Part shown: positions 52,480 to 63,712 of the stretch, piece by piece
Layout of the letters: each line of letters begins with the position of its first letter
Numbering within the stretch: the stretch's first letter is position 1
Source of the DNA: Gekko japonicus
Taxonomy: Eukaryota
Direction: 5' to 3'
Length of the DNA: 64,000 bases
Assembly (NCBI RefSeq): GCF_001447785.1
Contig: NW_015170275.1
Location: forward strand, 115,511 to 179,510
Translations under genes and position numbers: made by a program
The notes under the pieces: generated by a model
What the model was told of the DNA's origin: nothing
Seen by the model: only the letters and a program-made list of their open reading frames with translations
Databases searched by the model: none

Positions 52480-53035
52480 AGACTAAGTGGACATAAACCA
52501 AACATTAGAAATGAAAACCCTCAGAAATGAGTGATGGAGTATCTCAGCCTCCCTCGATATTCAGTAATAGACTTAAAATTTGTACCATTTTACCAGAAGA
52601 GTTTCAAAGGAAGGCTCCAGGGAGAAGCTGCTGAGTTGAAATTCATGTACATTTTATACTATCAGACATGGACTTCAGTAGGGACTGGGGTGGTTAGCTA
52701 ACTATACAAGTGAAGGTACTTCATAGGTATATGTACACTATTCATATTCTATTTTCTAATTCATCACATTTAATTGAATTGTTTACTGTTTTTGACTGCA
52801 TCTTGTTTTCTTCTCTGCTCTGCAGTGTTAGATAACACATCTAAGGAAACTGCCCTCTACCCTGCCTTCTTGCTGTTTATAGCTTTGGATATATGTATCT
52901 CTGCCTACTGAATGTAGCAGCTCATGCATCCAATGAAGTGGACTTTGGCTCATGAAAGCTTATGCCACAATAAATTCATACAACTTAAGACATCATAAGA
53001 TGATGTTGTTCTAGTAGCAGCTGACTAACATGGCT
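52480..53035 (+). mobile_element. Penelope-like 3' fragment
   Basis: Resembles 51230-51585 (GIY-YIG-terminal region remnant followed by gaaagcttatgc..aataaa terminal repeat). Confidence 0.55.
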
Positions 53036-53986
53036 ATTGCACAAGAATTTGGTTCATACATGGATCCCATATATTTCTTAGTTTTGGCTTCATGTAGGGA
53101 GAGCTTAAAAGTAACTGGGTGTCCCAGGCTTACCAACTGCATTCTTTGCTTTATTAATGGTGCCTGCAGTGTTTTAAATTACATCTCTTACTGTAAAGCA
53201 GCAAAAATGAATTAATGAAAATAACAGCTTGCCTTCTGAACTCAAAATTCCTGTGCTTTAAATCCGTCTAGCATCATCTCTATCAAAAATGAGCATGCCA
53301 TATTTAATTAAAAATGGGAGAAATGTTGGCAGAGCCTATATATAATTTTGTATGCGGAAAGCACTATTCTTGGCTGGAAAGATTTTTAAAAATTGGCAGA
53401 CTCTTCCTTATGGAAATCAGTGCTAATAGGATTTTGGAGAATGCTCACTGGATAGAGGCCAAGGTACACATCTGTATACACAAAAGCCCAACAGGCAGTC
53501 ATTGCATCTGGTATGAACGGATTATGACCTACGGTGATCCATATACTATGTAAAATATTCCTCTTGGCACTATAGCACTGCACTATAGCACTGCCATCAC
53601 AGTACAGTGTTTTTAAATACTCTAGTGTGTCTGATTTGTAAATGAGTGCTATCAGACTAAACAAACAGAAGCAAATTGTTTCCAAGATTTGAACTGTAAC
53701 AGTACTGATCTGCTTAGCAGTCAAAGATCTCTTTTGTAATGGTGTGCTGAGTTCTAGGTGGGTGGTGCCCCACTTCAAGAATACTAACAAGGTCTAAAGG
53801 TTTCATAGGAAAGCTTACAAAGGGGCAAAATCTTATGAAGACAAGAAGAAAGGAATGGCTGTTTCTAATGTATGGAGAAAAAAGCAGGTAGGAAGCCAGT
53901 GTTCACACATTTGAAAGTAAGAATGAAGAGGGGGAACACTTGGGAATAGAACAAGAAGTGGTAGTTTTCAATGATCAGGTAAGGGT

Positions 53987-54543
53987 TAAAGATAGGCATG
54001 AACTAAACCATGAAGCAAAATTCATCAAGAATCTTGCCCTGTTCGTGGTTCACGAAACAAAGTTCGTGACAGGTCGACTGTCACAAACGCCTATGAACTT
54101 TAAACCAGTTCAAACTGGTTTGTGGATAGGGCAGAAAGCGGGGGGGTTCGCTTGAAACCCTTTTTCTGTTCCCCACAAAAGCTGCAAAAACAAGGAGTGC
54201 CTCCCCACTGCTGAGGTGTTTCTGGGGCTTTCTTTTGTAGTCCCTTCAAAGGGACTGCACAAGAAAGAGAAACAACTGAGCAGCACTGAGCACCTCCCCA
54301 CCAGTCAGCTGTTTTTCAGACTTTCTTGTGCAGTCCCTTTAGAGTGACTGCACAAGAAACCTCAAAACAGATGAGCAGCTTTTTTTTCAGGTTCTTTGCA
54401 AACCCATTTAAAGGGACTGCAGTCCCTTTCAATGATGGTTGTAGGGCCACAAACTGATTTGTTTGCCAATGAACCTCCCAGTTTGGTTCGTGGTTTGGCC
54501 ATGAACCAACATGAATTGAATTTTCCAGTCATGCCCATCCCTA
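53987..54543. mobile_element. hAT-type non-autonomous element
   Basis: Perfect 8-bp TSD gtaagggt; termini taaagataggcatga...tcatgcccatcccta. Confidence 0.88.
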
Positions 54544-56062
54544 GTAAGGGTTGAGACCAAACTAGACATGACATTTAAAATCATTTTAAAAACAGCATTG
54601 GGAACCCAAAGCCAACTCACTTTCCACACAGCAACTTGGCAACAGATGGGAACTAATATTGAAAGCACTATAGAGTGCAATTTTTTTGTGGGAGCACAAT
54701 GCAGGAGGGCTTCTGCATCCCCCCTGGTCTTTTTTCCTGAGCTGAAACAGCCCCAGGGATGTGCAACATATTGTGCTTGCAAGTCCAAAATGGGGCAAAT
54801 AGCACCTCCCTCAGGACTATTCAGGCTCCTCCCTGAGCACCACAATCTGAATCAGGCCCTCATGGTGCTTTAAAAATTAGTTCCCTGCAGCTGCTGTGAT
54901 GCTGCAGGGAAAGAAAGGCAGGTCTGGCAAACCTGGACCCAACTTACTCAAAAAAATAATCACATCTAGTCGTTAACCGAGCGCTGGAACAAGCTAGGGA
55001 AGCTGTGGAATCTCTTACCGTGCAGATCTTCAGGCAAAGGCAAAACAAACACCCCATGGAGATGTTTTAAGGGCAGAACAGTTCGCCTCAGATTGGGAGA
55101 ATAAGTGCACTTCATACTCATCGGGTCAAATCTCGTAGTCTGTTATGCTAAACACTGTGCTCAGTTTTTTGATCACCAAAACAGATGCTGTTTGTCAGCC
55201 AGCCTTGGGCAGGGTGGAATTTTTATCATCATATTTGAAAGAATCTGTTTTGTTGTCTGATCGTGACCTGTGAGTGAATAGAGCTTTGAGGAGGGTGACT
55301 GTCTAAGACATCCGGGCAGGGACTCCCATGGACCCAGAATCACCAAGAGGAAGTGGTGAGGACACACAGTTCTGGAAGATCAGAGCGGGGCAAGGGGCCT
55401 CTGTCGGACAGCAGCAGTGTACCAATCAAATGTCTTGTATTCTTATGAATGGGAGAGGGCCCCAGAGGGAGTCTTATCCGGTGTCTCTCAGAAGGCCTGC
55501 ATGGAATTCTTGAGTAGACAAGGGTTTCCCATGAATTGCACAAGAAGGTTGACTACATTGTAGTGAATGTGGGGATGTTGGGTGCAGGATTTTTTAAAAA
55601 ATTGTGGCTAGAATAAACATACAATGTCAAACATCCTGTATCAGAACTTGTCTCCTGGCTTTCTAAAAGTATAAAGTAAGAGAAATATAAACAACAAAAA
55701 TGTCACTCTTAAGGAGGAAGCTTAATCACTTCAGTTGTTCACCATGAACTGCAGTCATATTTGAACTTACTTTCATGGATTAAAAAAAAAAGATATCAAA
55801 AACTTCATTGTTCCTTTGCATAGCATGAACAAAAAAGAGGGGAAGGGGGAAGGGGGAAAAAAAGGGGGGGAGAAAAACTCAACCCAAAAAGCTGCTATGA
55901 ATCCACAAGGGTTAAGCTGACACTAAATATAATAAACAATTTATTCAGGTGTACACATTTTTAAAAACTTTACAAAATCTTTGACTCGTTAAAAATATTC
56001 ACATTCAGACATGAAAAACTTCTCAACATTCATACATAGATGGGTTAGTGCTGTGCAACTGA

Positions 56063-56102
56063 ACCAAACGCGTTTCGGCCCCAAAGGGCCTTCCTCAGTG
56101 GT
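56063..56102 (-). ncRNA. Minimal type I hammerhead ribozyme motif
   Basis: Same motif on the minus strand with a perfect GGCCC/GGGCC stem II. Confidence 0.7.
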
Positions 56103-56428
56103 CACAATCCAAATTACAAACTTGACATACATTCAATTTTTTTTTTTACATAAGATGTTAAACAAAGAAACAAAGAAAAATTCATTATAGTTTCCCATGT
56201 ATTAACATTTCTACTGATTGAAAAATAATATATATGAAGAGTAAAAATTACCTTATATCTTTATATGTTTATTATTGTTATTATTGTTTCTTTGTTTCCC
56301 TTTTCCCTCTTGTTCTTTTTAAAAATCAATATTTAGGATATAACATCTGGCCTAATACTGCATATGTATTTAACATCTTATGTTAAAAAATTTTTTGAAT
56401 GTATGTCAAGTTTGTAATTTGGATTGTG

Positions 56429-56468
56429 ACCACTGAGGAAGGCTCTTTGGGGCCGAAACGCGTTTGGT
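56429..56468 (+). ncRNA. Minimal type I hammerhead ribozyme motif
   Basis: ACCA-CUGAGGA-A-GGCUC(UUUG)GGGCC-GAAAC-GC-GUU^UGGU: full catalytic core, stems I and II, palindromic ACGCGU stem III. Confidence 0.7.
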
Positions 56469-57332
56469 TCAGTTGCACAGCACTAACCCATCTATGTATG
56501 AATGTTGAGAAGTTTTTCATGTCTGAATGTGAATATTTTTAATGAGTCAAAGATTTTGTAAAGTTTTTAAAAATGTGTACACCTGAATAAATTTTGTATG
56601 TTTATATTTAGTGTCAGCTTAACCCTTGTGGATCCTTTGAATAGCACATCAACAAGCAGTGATCTATTACAGTATATCTTTTCAAGAGAAAAACACCACA
56701 TAGTCTTTGTCACTCTGCAAAATGATGTGTAACTGTGTGAACATTAGAACTGCAAGGTCTCCTGCTGTGGTGGGAGGCCTCCCATTGGTAGCTGTCCTTG
56801 ATTGGAGTGGCAGCAGGGAAAAATAATAAAATACTTCAACGTACCTTATATGCTACTATATCACTGCTGGGGAAAACCCAGAAGTGATATAGAGTGGCTC
56901 TAGGAATCACCGGAAACTCTATGGCTGCAGCATCATTACCCTGTGGCTGTTTTGGCACTTGAAAAGGTGCAGAGGAGAACAAGAAAGCCTCAGCCTACCA
57001 TGCTGTAATCCCTATCGCAATCAGGCCCTCCCAGTAATTAATTAAAAATGGTTACAGCATTTATGGGTTGGACTCGTGTAGACCATCCCATGTAGTTTGG
57101 CCCTAATTAGTGCCCTACTCTGGGCTGTTCAGTGGGGCTTGCTTTCAAGAAAAGGTTCTTAGGCCTGCAGTATTATTTATTCTACAGCATTTATTGCCCA
57201 CTTTTCTCCAAAGGCCTCAGATGTTTCCAATAAGCATATCCCTTGGAGACTGAGGAACCTTTTCAGTGTTTTACCTTTGAAAATGGATAGCCTGGGAAAG
57301 GCCAGAGCCCATGAGAAGAAAGAAGGGAAAAT

Positions 57333-57333
<1 letters not shown>

Positions 57334-57378
<45 letters not shown>
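57334..57378. repeat. (CT)n microsatellite
   Basis: Visible directly. Confidence 0.95.
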
Positions 57379-57381
<3 letters not shown>

Positions 57382-57672
57382 TGTGTCGTAAATGTAGGTC
57401 TAAGAAAGATGCTACTTTTCTAGTACCGCTGATTTATGGCTTCTTCCCAAAACAAATCTGGCTACAAGATGTTTTGCCTCTGACCTATACACTGCAAAAA
57501 TGTGAGAAAAATTAAATCAAAATCAGTTCAAGCCTGGGTGATGATTAAATATAAAGCACATCACATTTAAAACAAAATCTTTTCAACCCTCTTGTCACAA
57601 TGTTTTATTTTAGTACATACCTCTACATAACAAATCCCCAGCACACATTTTAAATGCTTGTAATGTACAACT

Positions 57673-58014
57673 GGGGCTGCGGTGGCTCAGAGGTTGAGAT
57701 GCTGAGCTGCAGACGGGAAGGCTTATAGTTCGACAGTTTGAGACCCTCGTGCCACGTGAAAGAGTGAGCTCCCGTCTCTGGCCCCAGCTCCTGCCAACCA
57801 GCAGTTCGAAAGCAAGAAATTGCAAGTAGATAAATAGGTACCGCTTCGGTGGGCAGGTAACAGCATTCTGTGTGCCTCGGCATTTAGTCATGATGGCCAC
57901 ATGACCACGGAAATGTTTTCAGATAGTTCAGGCTCTTCGGCTTGGGAACAGAGATGAGCACCGCCCCCTACAGTTGGATGCGACTGGCTTTCCAACAAGG
58001 GAAACCTTTACCTT
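57673..58014 (+). mobile_element. Sauria SINE, full length
   Basis: tRNA-like head GGGGCTGCGGTGGCTCAG; diagnostic body (ccagctcctgccaacc..cagttcgaaagc, gtagataaataggtacc); ACCTTT tail; 12-bp TSD taatgtacaact. Confidence 0.9.
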
Positions 58015-58247
58015 TAATGTACAACTAACCTGTAAGAAATATATCATGTAAGGAAAATTCTGGGTGGGTAGCAGTGTTTGTATGGGGCTGCAAAATAAAA
58101 CAGGAGTCCACTAGCACTTTAGAGACTTTACAGAATTTATTCCAGCATAAGGTTTTCTAAATCAGAGCTTACTTTATGTCTTTCAGAAATACAAAGTTCA
58201 CTGAATATGAGTAAAAAAAAAGCATATTTACTTAGATTTCTTTCTAA

Positions 58248-58794
58248 GGTTGTGGTCACACGCGCCAGAAAAAATGGGGGGGGGAGTGAGGCTATTTCCT
58301 CCGGAGGAGTTTGACCCGCAGTTGTGTGATCACACAGTCCTTGAAAGCTGTGGGGACAGCCCGCCACTGTGTGATCAGATGCAACCGTGGGTGAATCGGT
58401 TTGGGTTTTTTGCCGTTTGTTTCCGATGCGCTTAAATGAGGAATCAATTAGTCGCATCTCTGCACTGGGGACTCCCTATGGAGTTTGTGATGATGTGCAG
58501 ACTGAGAAGGGGGGGGCAAACAACGGCACAGAGTCGGGATGGCCTGATCAGACCATCCCGACACCATGAGAGCACACTGGAGCGATCAGACAGGGGAAAG
58601 TCCATCCGTGGCCCGTCACAACTCATTTTCTACCTTATTTTCCCCGGTTTCTTTTAACTCCACTTTTGCAGCGGAGCAGAACGGGTTGCCAATGGCTGCG
58701 GGGCGTTTCCCAGATGTTGTTGTCCAATCGCACCCTTTAAATCCGCCTGGCATTTGTGCCTATGGTGGGTCTAATTGTGCGTATGATTACAGTC
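58248..58794. mobile_element. PIF/Harbinger-like non-autonomous element
   Basis: TAA TSD on both sides; imperfect TIRs; colinear with 62298-62845. Confidence 0.82.
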
Positions 58795-59004
58795 TAATTG
58801 AGATTCCTTCATTTACCTTATCTGTTGCTTTATGGGCAACTGGGTAGACCAGACATACAAACGTATAGTTTATACCACCAGACAAATGAAAAGTTATTGC
58901 TGTATCACAGTCTTTGCATTATAAATCTCTCACTGAATTGTGAGCTTGTTTGCATTAATTAAAATATGGAGGACTTTCATTTTCTAATCACCTTTGTATA
59001 GTAC

Positions 59005-59005
<1 letters not shown>

Positions 59006-59059
<54 letters not shown>
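59006..59059. repeat. (TTA)n microsatellite (tail of the adjacent L2)
   Basis: Visible directly. Confidence 0.93.
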
Positions 59060-59060
<1 letters not shown>

Positions 59061-59520
59061 AATTTCTATCCCACCCTCCCTGCAAGCAGGCTCATGGCAG
59101 CTCACATTCAGCGGCATCATGTGCTGAGTCATATAAAACATAAAAAAAACAAGATAAAACAATCACATATTATGCAATTAAAGTGCTCGCGATGATAGTC
59201 AATCCTTCAATCAGTTGAAGATGGCAAACTGTAAGATGTAAGGATAAGTCCCGATTCAGCAGTATCTGGTCTCTCACGATGCTGTATCTCGATCTCCATA
59301 AAGGGCAGACTTATTACCACAGTGTCAATAGTGATAATAGTTGGTGGTAGCAATGGGCAGCTCCTAACTAAAAGCCTGGTGGAAGAGCTCCATCAGGCAG
59401 GCCCTGCAGAACTGTACAAGGTCCTGCAGGGCCCTGATCTCCTCCGGGAGCTCATTCCACCAGGTAGAAGCCACCACTGAAAAGGCCCTGGCCCTGGTAG
59501 CGGCGAGCCTGGTCTCCTTA
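59060..59520 (-). mobile_element. L2-clade LINE 3' end
   Basis: Reverse complement resembles 50340-50765 (ccagggccagggcctttt..cctggtggaatgagctccc). Confidence 0.72.
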
Positions 59521-59941
59521 GTAGGTACTTGCTATGAAATTCAAGTAGGTACTTGCTATGAAATTCAAAAACATCCACATTGTCAGAAAAAAACCAGCCC
59601 TTAAGATATATAAACTGGGATACTGTGATATGTGATCCTGGTTTCAGTTTAACAGAATCATTCAGATAACAGATTTGTCTTCTGTTCTGGTTAGCAAAAC
59701 GATATTAGTTCCATCCAGTTTTTGACCGATGTTCAGATTTGGTTTAACTCCTGCCCCTTTAATATTCTCCTAGAATTCCATTTGCATTAGACTGGCCATA
59801 TTCTAGCACTTATATAATTGACTATCTTACCATATATGTGTTTCAGGTAGCAAAAGACAGAGTGTGAACCAGGCAGTAAAAATGTGCCTAGGACTGGATC
59901 ACAAAGAAAGCTACAATAGCACAGCATGTGCAGAAAACAAT

Positions 59942-59947
59942 TCATCA

Positions 59948-59980
<33 letters not shown>

Positions 59981-60006
59981 GTCATCATCATCATCATCAT
60001 CATCAT
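59942..60006. repeat. (CAT)n microsatellite
   Basis: Visible directly. Confidence 0.95.
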
Positions 60007-60289
60007 TATGGGAAGTCATTTGCATAAATCTATACATTGAAAATATTTCCCCCCAAAAGAAGGAGACTTTGGAAGTAGGTACTTGCTATGAAATTCAAGA
60101 ACATCCACATTGTCAGAAAAAGACCAGCCCTTAAGATAAGCAGTATCTGGCATACTGACCTTGTTTCACTACCAGAAGGAGTAAATGAAGAGCCTTTGAC
60201 CTTTTTTATTTGACAAGAGACTGTTTAGCCATTTCTGTCTGTAATTCCATGCATACTAAATGTAGTGCAATCTTTCTGTATACCTTTAG

Positions 60290-60372
60290 GCTAACACTAA
60301 CCTTATCTTGTCCCATGGACCTGAAGAACTTTCCCATGGATGTACAAACGTGCACAATGCAACTAGAGAGCT
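60290..60372 (+). CDS. GLRA2: GLRA2 exon 5 (83 nt, Cys-loop)
   Basis: ctttag|G CTA ACA ... AGC T|gtaagt. Encodes [27 protein letters not shown], the Cys-loop signature. Too short for the ORF track. Confidence 0.97.
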
Positions 60373-61063
60373 GTAAGTAATCAGCCATTCTGTTTTTTAA
60401 CCGTGAACTTTTCACTGCTTGAGATGTCCACATTTAATATTGTTTTTATGCTGTAGCAACCTCATGTTTTGTGACATTGTGCTGCCAGCATGTTATTTTT
60501 TCTGCTGACACTGCATGTTTGGGGAGTAAGCAGCTGCACTTTTAATTTCTTAAACAGCAACCTGAATTTAATGTTAAAGTCAGCCCATCTCACGTTCTAT
60601 GGTTGCTCTCAATAAGGGAAGTGTTTTCAAATGACAGAACTAGTTTTTCTGGTTCTTGACTTTTGAAAGCAACAGGCTCCAGCTATAGCTCCATGTTAAA
60701 ATGTATGCTTTTCATTCACAAGACCCTAGGTTCAATCCTGTTTGTTGTTTCATATTTTTAAACACTATAAACCGTTTCAGGTGAATATCCAGAAAACATA
60801 CCCGATACATTTTAGACATAACAGAAGTAAATCTCTGGAATGTCCAGTTAAAAGGACTTCAGGAAGCAGAGTCAGGACAGATCCCTCTGCCTGAGACCAT
60901 GGAGAGCTGATACCACTCGGTGTAGAGGCTAGAGAGAACTACAGTCAGATTTGGTATAAGACAGCTTGCTTATTTGTTCATATTAAGTTTGTTGTAGGTT
61001 CTCTGGCTTGTTTATACAGTCAAGTAAGTATGCAAGGACTTCCAGTGAAAAACAATAACAGTC

Positions 61064-61904
61064 ATTCACTTAACACTAGAGATAACACACCGTTTCACTG
61101 CCAAGCCATTCTTAAAGGTAAACACTCTCAATTCAGCTGTCTGACTCCTTTTGCTTCCAAACAAAATATCAACACAAGGTTCTTGCTGATTGATATAGTT
61201 GTAGTCCAAAATACAGTAAAAACAGTCAAAGATGTTCTGGCTATACACACTTTTGTAAATCCTTTCTCAAGACTGGACTCATACTTTATCAAGACTATAA
61301 TGAGGCCAAAACGCTTCATTAGAGAGACTGACACTCTGCCAGAATCAGGAGCTTCAGCGCTGGAAATTGAGTCTGTAGGTGTGGCTTCATGATAAGTCCA
61401 GTCTTTTTTTCGGCTAAACATTAGGAACAAAAAGTTTGTATAGCCAGAACATCTTTGACTGCTTTTACTGTATTTTGGACTATAAATGTTATGTCCGCTG
61501 ACCGCCACTAGGCGCCAGCAACTTAGACCAGAGCTTGGCTCTCAGAGACAATAGGGACTAGGATCCTGAAACCTCAAGTGGTCACCAATAGGAACCTTGG
61601 CGGGAAGTTTAAACCCCCCAATAGGACCAGTGGGTGGGCCACGGGGGGCTGTATATAGTTGGCTGCCTGGCTGGTACTTGCGTTGTTATGTTGTGTACTA
61701 GTAAACATGTGTTGACAATCACACTGTTTCCTGATCATTCAATGTGTCGAACCCACTACAGAACAATAAATATATCGATCAGCAAGAACCTTGTGTTGAT
61801 GTTTTGTTTGGAAGCAAAAGGAGTCGGATGGCTGAATTGAGAATGTTTACCTTTAAGAATGGCTTGGCAGAGAAACGGTGTGTTATCTCTAGTGTTAAGT
61901 GAAT
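61064..61904. mobile_element. Foldback element with inverted arms of about 190 bp
   Basis: Left arm 61064 to about 61256 pairs with 61429-61486 plus 61771-61904; flanked by a 15-bp direct repeat ttgtttatacagtca (61008, 61910). Confidence 0.75.
61487..61765 (+). mobile_element. Solo LTR (279 bp) nested in the foldback arm
   Basis: TG...CA ends; perfect 5-bp TSD ataaa; CCAAT at 61585 and 61618; TATATA at 61652; AGTAAA at 61700. Confidence 0.85.
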
Positions 61905-62297
61905 TACTTTTGTTTATACAGTCAGCAGTCTGTAAGTGTGACACTGAGTTCTGTTCATTGAAGTGGTAGCTCTGCACAGAGCCCTTATCGTGTGAAATGG
62001 GCCCTCAGAGGATACAGCAGTCACGTGACTCACACTCCTGAAATGTGTGGCTGGTAGCTTCCACTCCATGTGAATGGAACACAACAGAACACCTGAAGAG
62101 TACTAGTTGTAAGATGATCAAAGGATGTGAATGGAGATTACATTCCATAAAAGCACGGATTCCCCAAAAGTCAGGATATTATCATGGGAACCTATATATT
62201 TACAGCCAATGGTTTCTAATATGAATATCAGAATTATGGATTCATTAGTATAATGTCGTATCTTCTAAATAACAGTAGTGGATACAGTGCTGTCTAA

Positions 62298-62845
62298 GAG
62301 TGCGGTCACACGTGCCAGTTAAAATGGGGGGGGGGAGTAAGGCTATTTCCTCTGGAGGAAACAGACACGTAGTTGCATGATCACACCTCCCTTTGAAGCT
62401 GTGTGCACAGCCTGTCAGTGTGTGATCAGATGCAACTGTGGATGAGTCAGGGGTTTTTTGCGCCGTTTGTTTCCCATGTGCTTAAATGAGGAATCGGTGA
62501 ACCACACCTCCACACTGAGGGCTCCCTATGGAGTTTGTGATGATGCGCATACTGCGAAGGGTGAAAAAAACAATGGCACAGAGTCAGGATGGCCTGATCA
62601 GGCCACCCCAATGGCATGAGAATGCTCTGGAGCAATAAGACAGGGGAAAGTCCTGTCCACGGCCCGTTGCAACCTGTTTACTACCGGATTTTCCCTGGTG
62701 TCCTTTAACTCTGCTTCTGCAGTGGAGCAGAATGGGTTGTCGACGGCTGCAGGGCGCTTCCCAGATGTTGTTGTCTGATTGCACCCTTTAAATCCGCCTG
62801 GCATTCGCGCCTATGTCAGGTCTCATTGTACGTATAATCGCAGCC
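62298..62845. mobile_element. PIF/Harbinger-like non-autonomous element
   Basis: TAA TSD; same family and orientation as 58248-58794. Confidence 0.82.
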
Positions 62846-62977
62846 TAAGTGATAATTTAATGTTTTGTTCTTTTTCCATTCGAAAGTAAGCATGAGTGCA
62901 CTGACATAGTTGTCCCCTCTTGGCTTCAAAGGCTGCTACTCTATTGTTATCTAATGAAATGCATTTGCTTCTTCTAG

Positions 62978-63115
62978 TTGGTTACACTATGAACGACTTG
63001 ATCTTTGAGTGGATGAGTGATGGTCCAGTGCAAGTAGCAGAAGGGTTAACTCTGCCACAGTTTATTTTGAAAGAAGAGAAGGAGCTTGGCTATTGCACAA
63101 AGCATTACAATACCG
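62978..63115 (+). CDS. GLRA2: GLRA2 exon 6 (138 nt)
   Basis: ttctag|TT GGT ... ACC G|gtgagc. Encodes (F)[45 protein letters not shown](G). Confidence 0.97.
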
Positions 63116-63424
63116 GTGAGCATTCGTTTTTATCATTTCAGATTAACAACCATTGCCACAAATGACAGGAGAAATTATAAATCAGATACGATGGGATAAA
63201 CTGTTATATAAGAGTCTTTGTACCATATCTGTTGGTTTCCTAGTTGATTAGCATCAAGTGTGATATTTTCCCACTCCCTGGCATGGTTTGCAAAGTGTCA
63301 GAACCAAAAAGAAACCAAATATTATTATTTCTAAATGGCGTGATTGGTTGTCATTTTTGAACACTTAATGACAGTCAGTTCTTTAAAAGAACAGATAAGG
63401 CAGATAATATTTCTCTGCTCAACA

Positions 63425-63712
63425 AGTAATTAAACTGTGGGATTCACTGACAGAGGAGGTAGTGATGGCCCCAAGCATAGACAGCCAGATAAGAGATCCA
63501 TCAATAGCTACTAGCTATGGTGACTGAAGGAAGCCTCCATATTCAGAGGCAGCAAACCTTTGAATACCCGTGCTGGGAGGCGGCAGCAGTGTAGGGCCTT
63601 GGATTCTATGCCCTGTTTGTTTGGCTCTTCTGTGAAACTGGTTGGCTGCTGTATAGAACAATGTAGCAGACTAGATGGATCACTGATGTGATCCAGCAGG
63701 CTGTTCTTCTGT
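63425..63712 (+). mobile_element. CR1 3' end remnant
   Basis: Matches the 3' UTRs at 9560-9860 and 23870-24180. Confidence 0.8.

Larger units (their letters stand above)
55826..56633. mobile_element. Penelope-like insertion with inverted arms of about 260 bp
   Basis: Arms 55901-56162 and 56369-56633 are near-identical inverted repeats; 13-bp TSD cctttgcatagca/cctttgaatagca; a hammerhead motif in each arm. Confidence 0.75.

Noticed and set aside
57673-57745. tRNA gene
   Set aside because: It is the tRNA-derived head of a Sauria SINE with TSDs, not a cloverleaf gene.
61030-61508. Overlapping ORFs of 120-126 aa
   Set aside because: They fall within the palindromic foldback element; no recognisable domain.
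61845-61885. Hammerhead-like motif in the foldback arms (ctttaagaa...gaaacggtg)
   Set aside because: The CUGANGA core is absent and the stems cannot be drawn.
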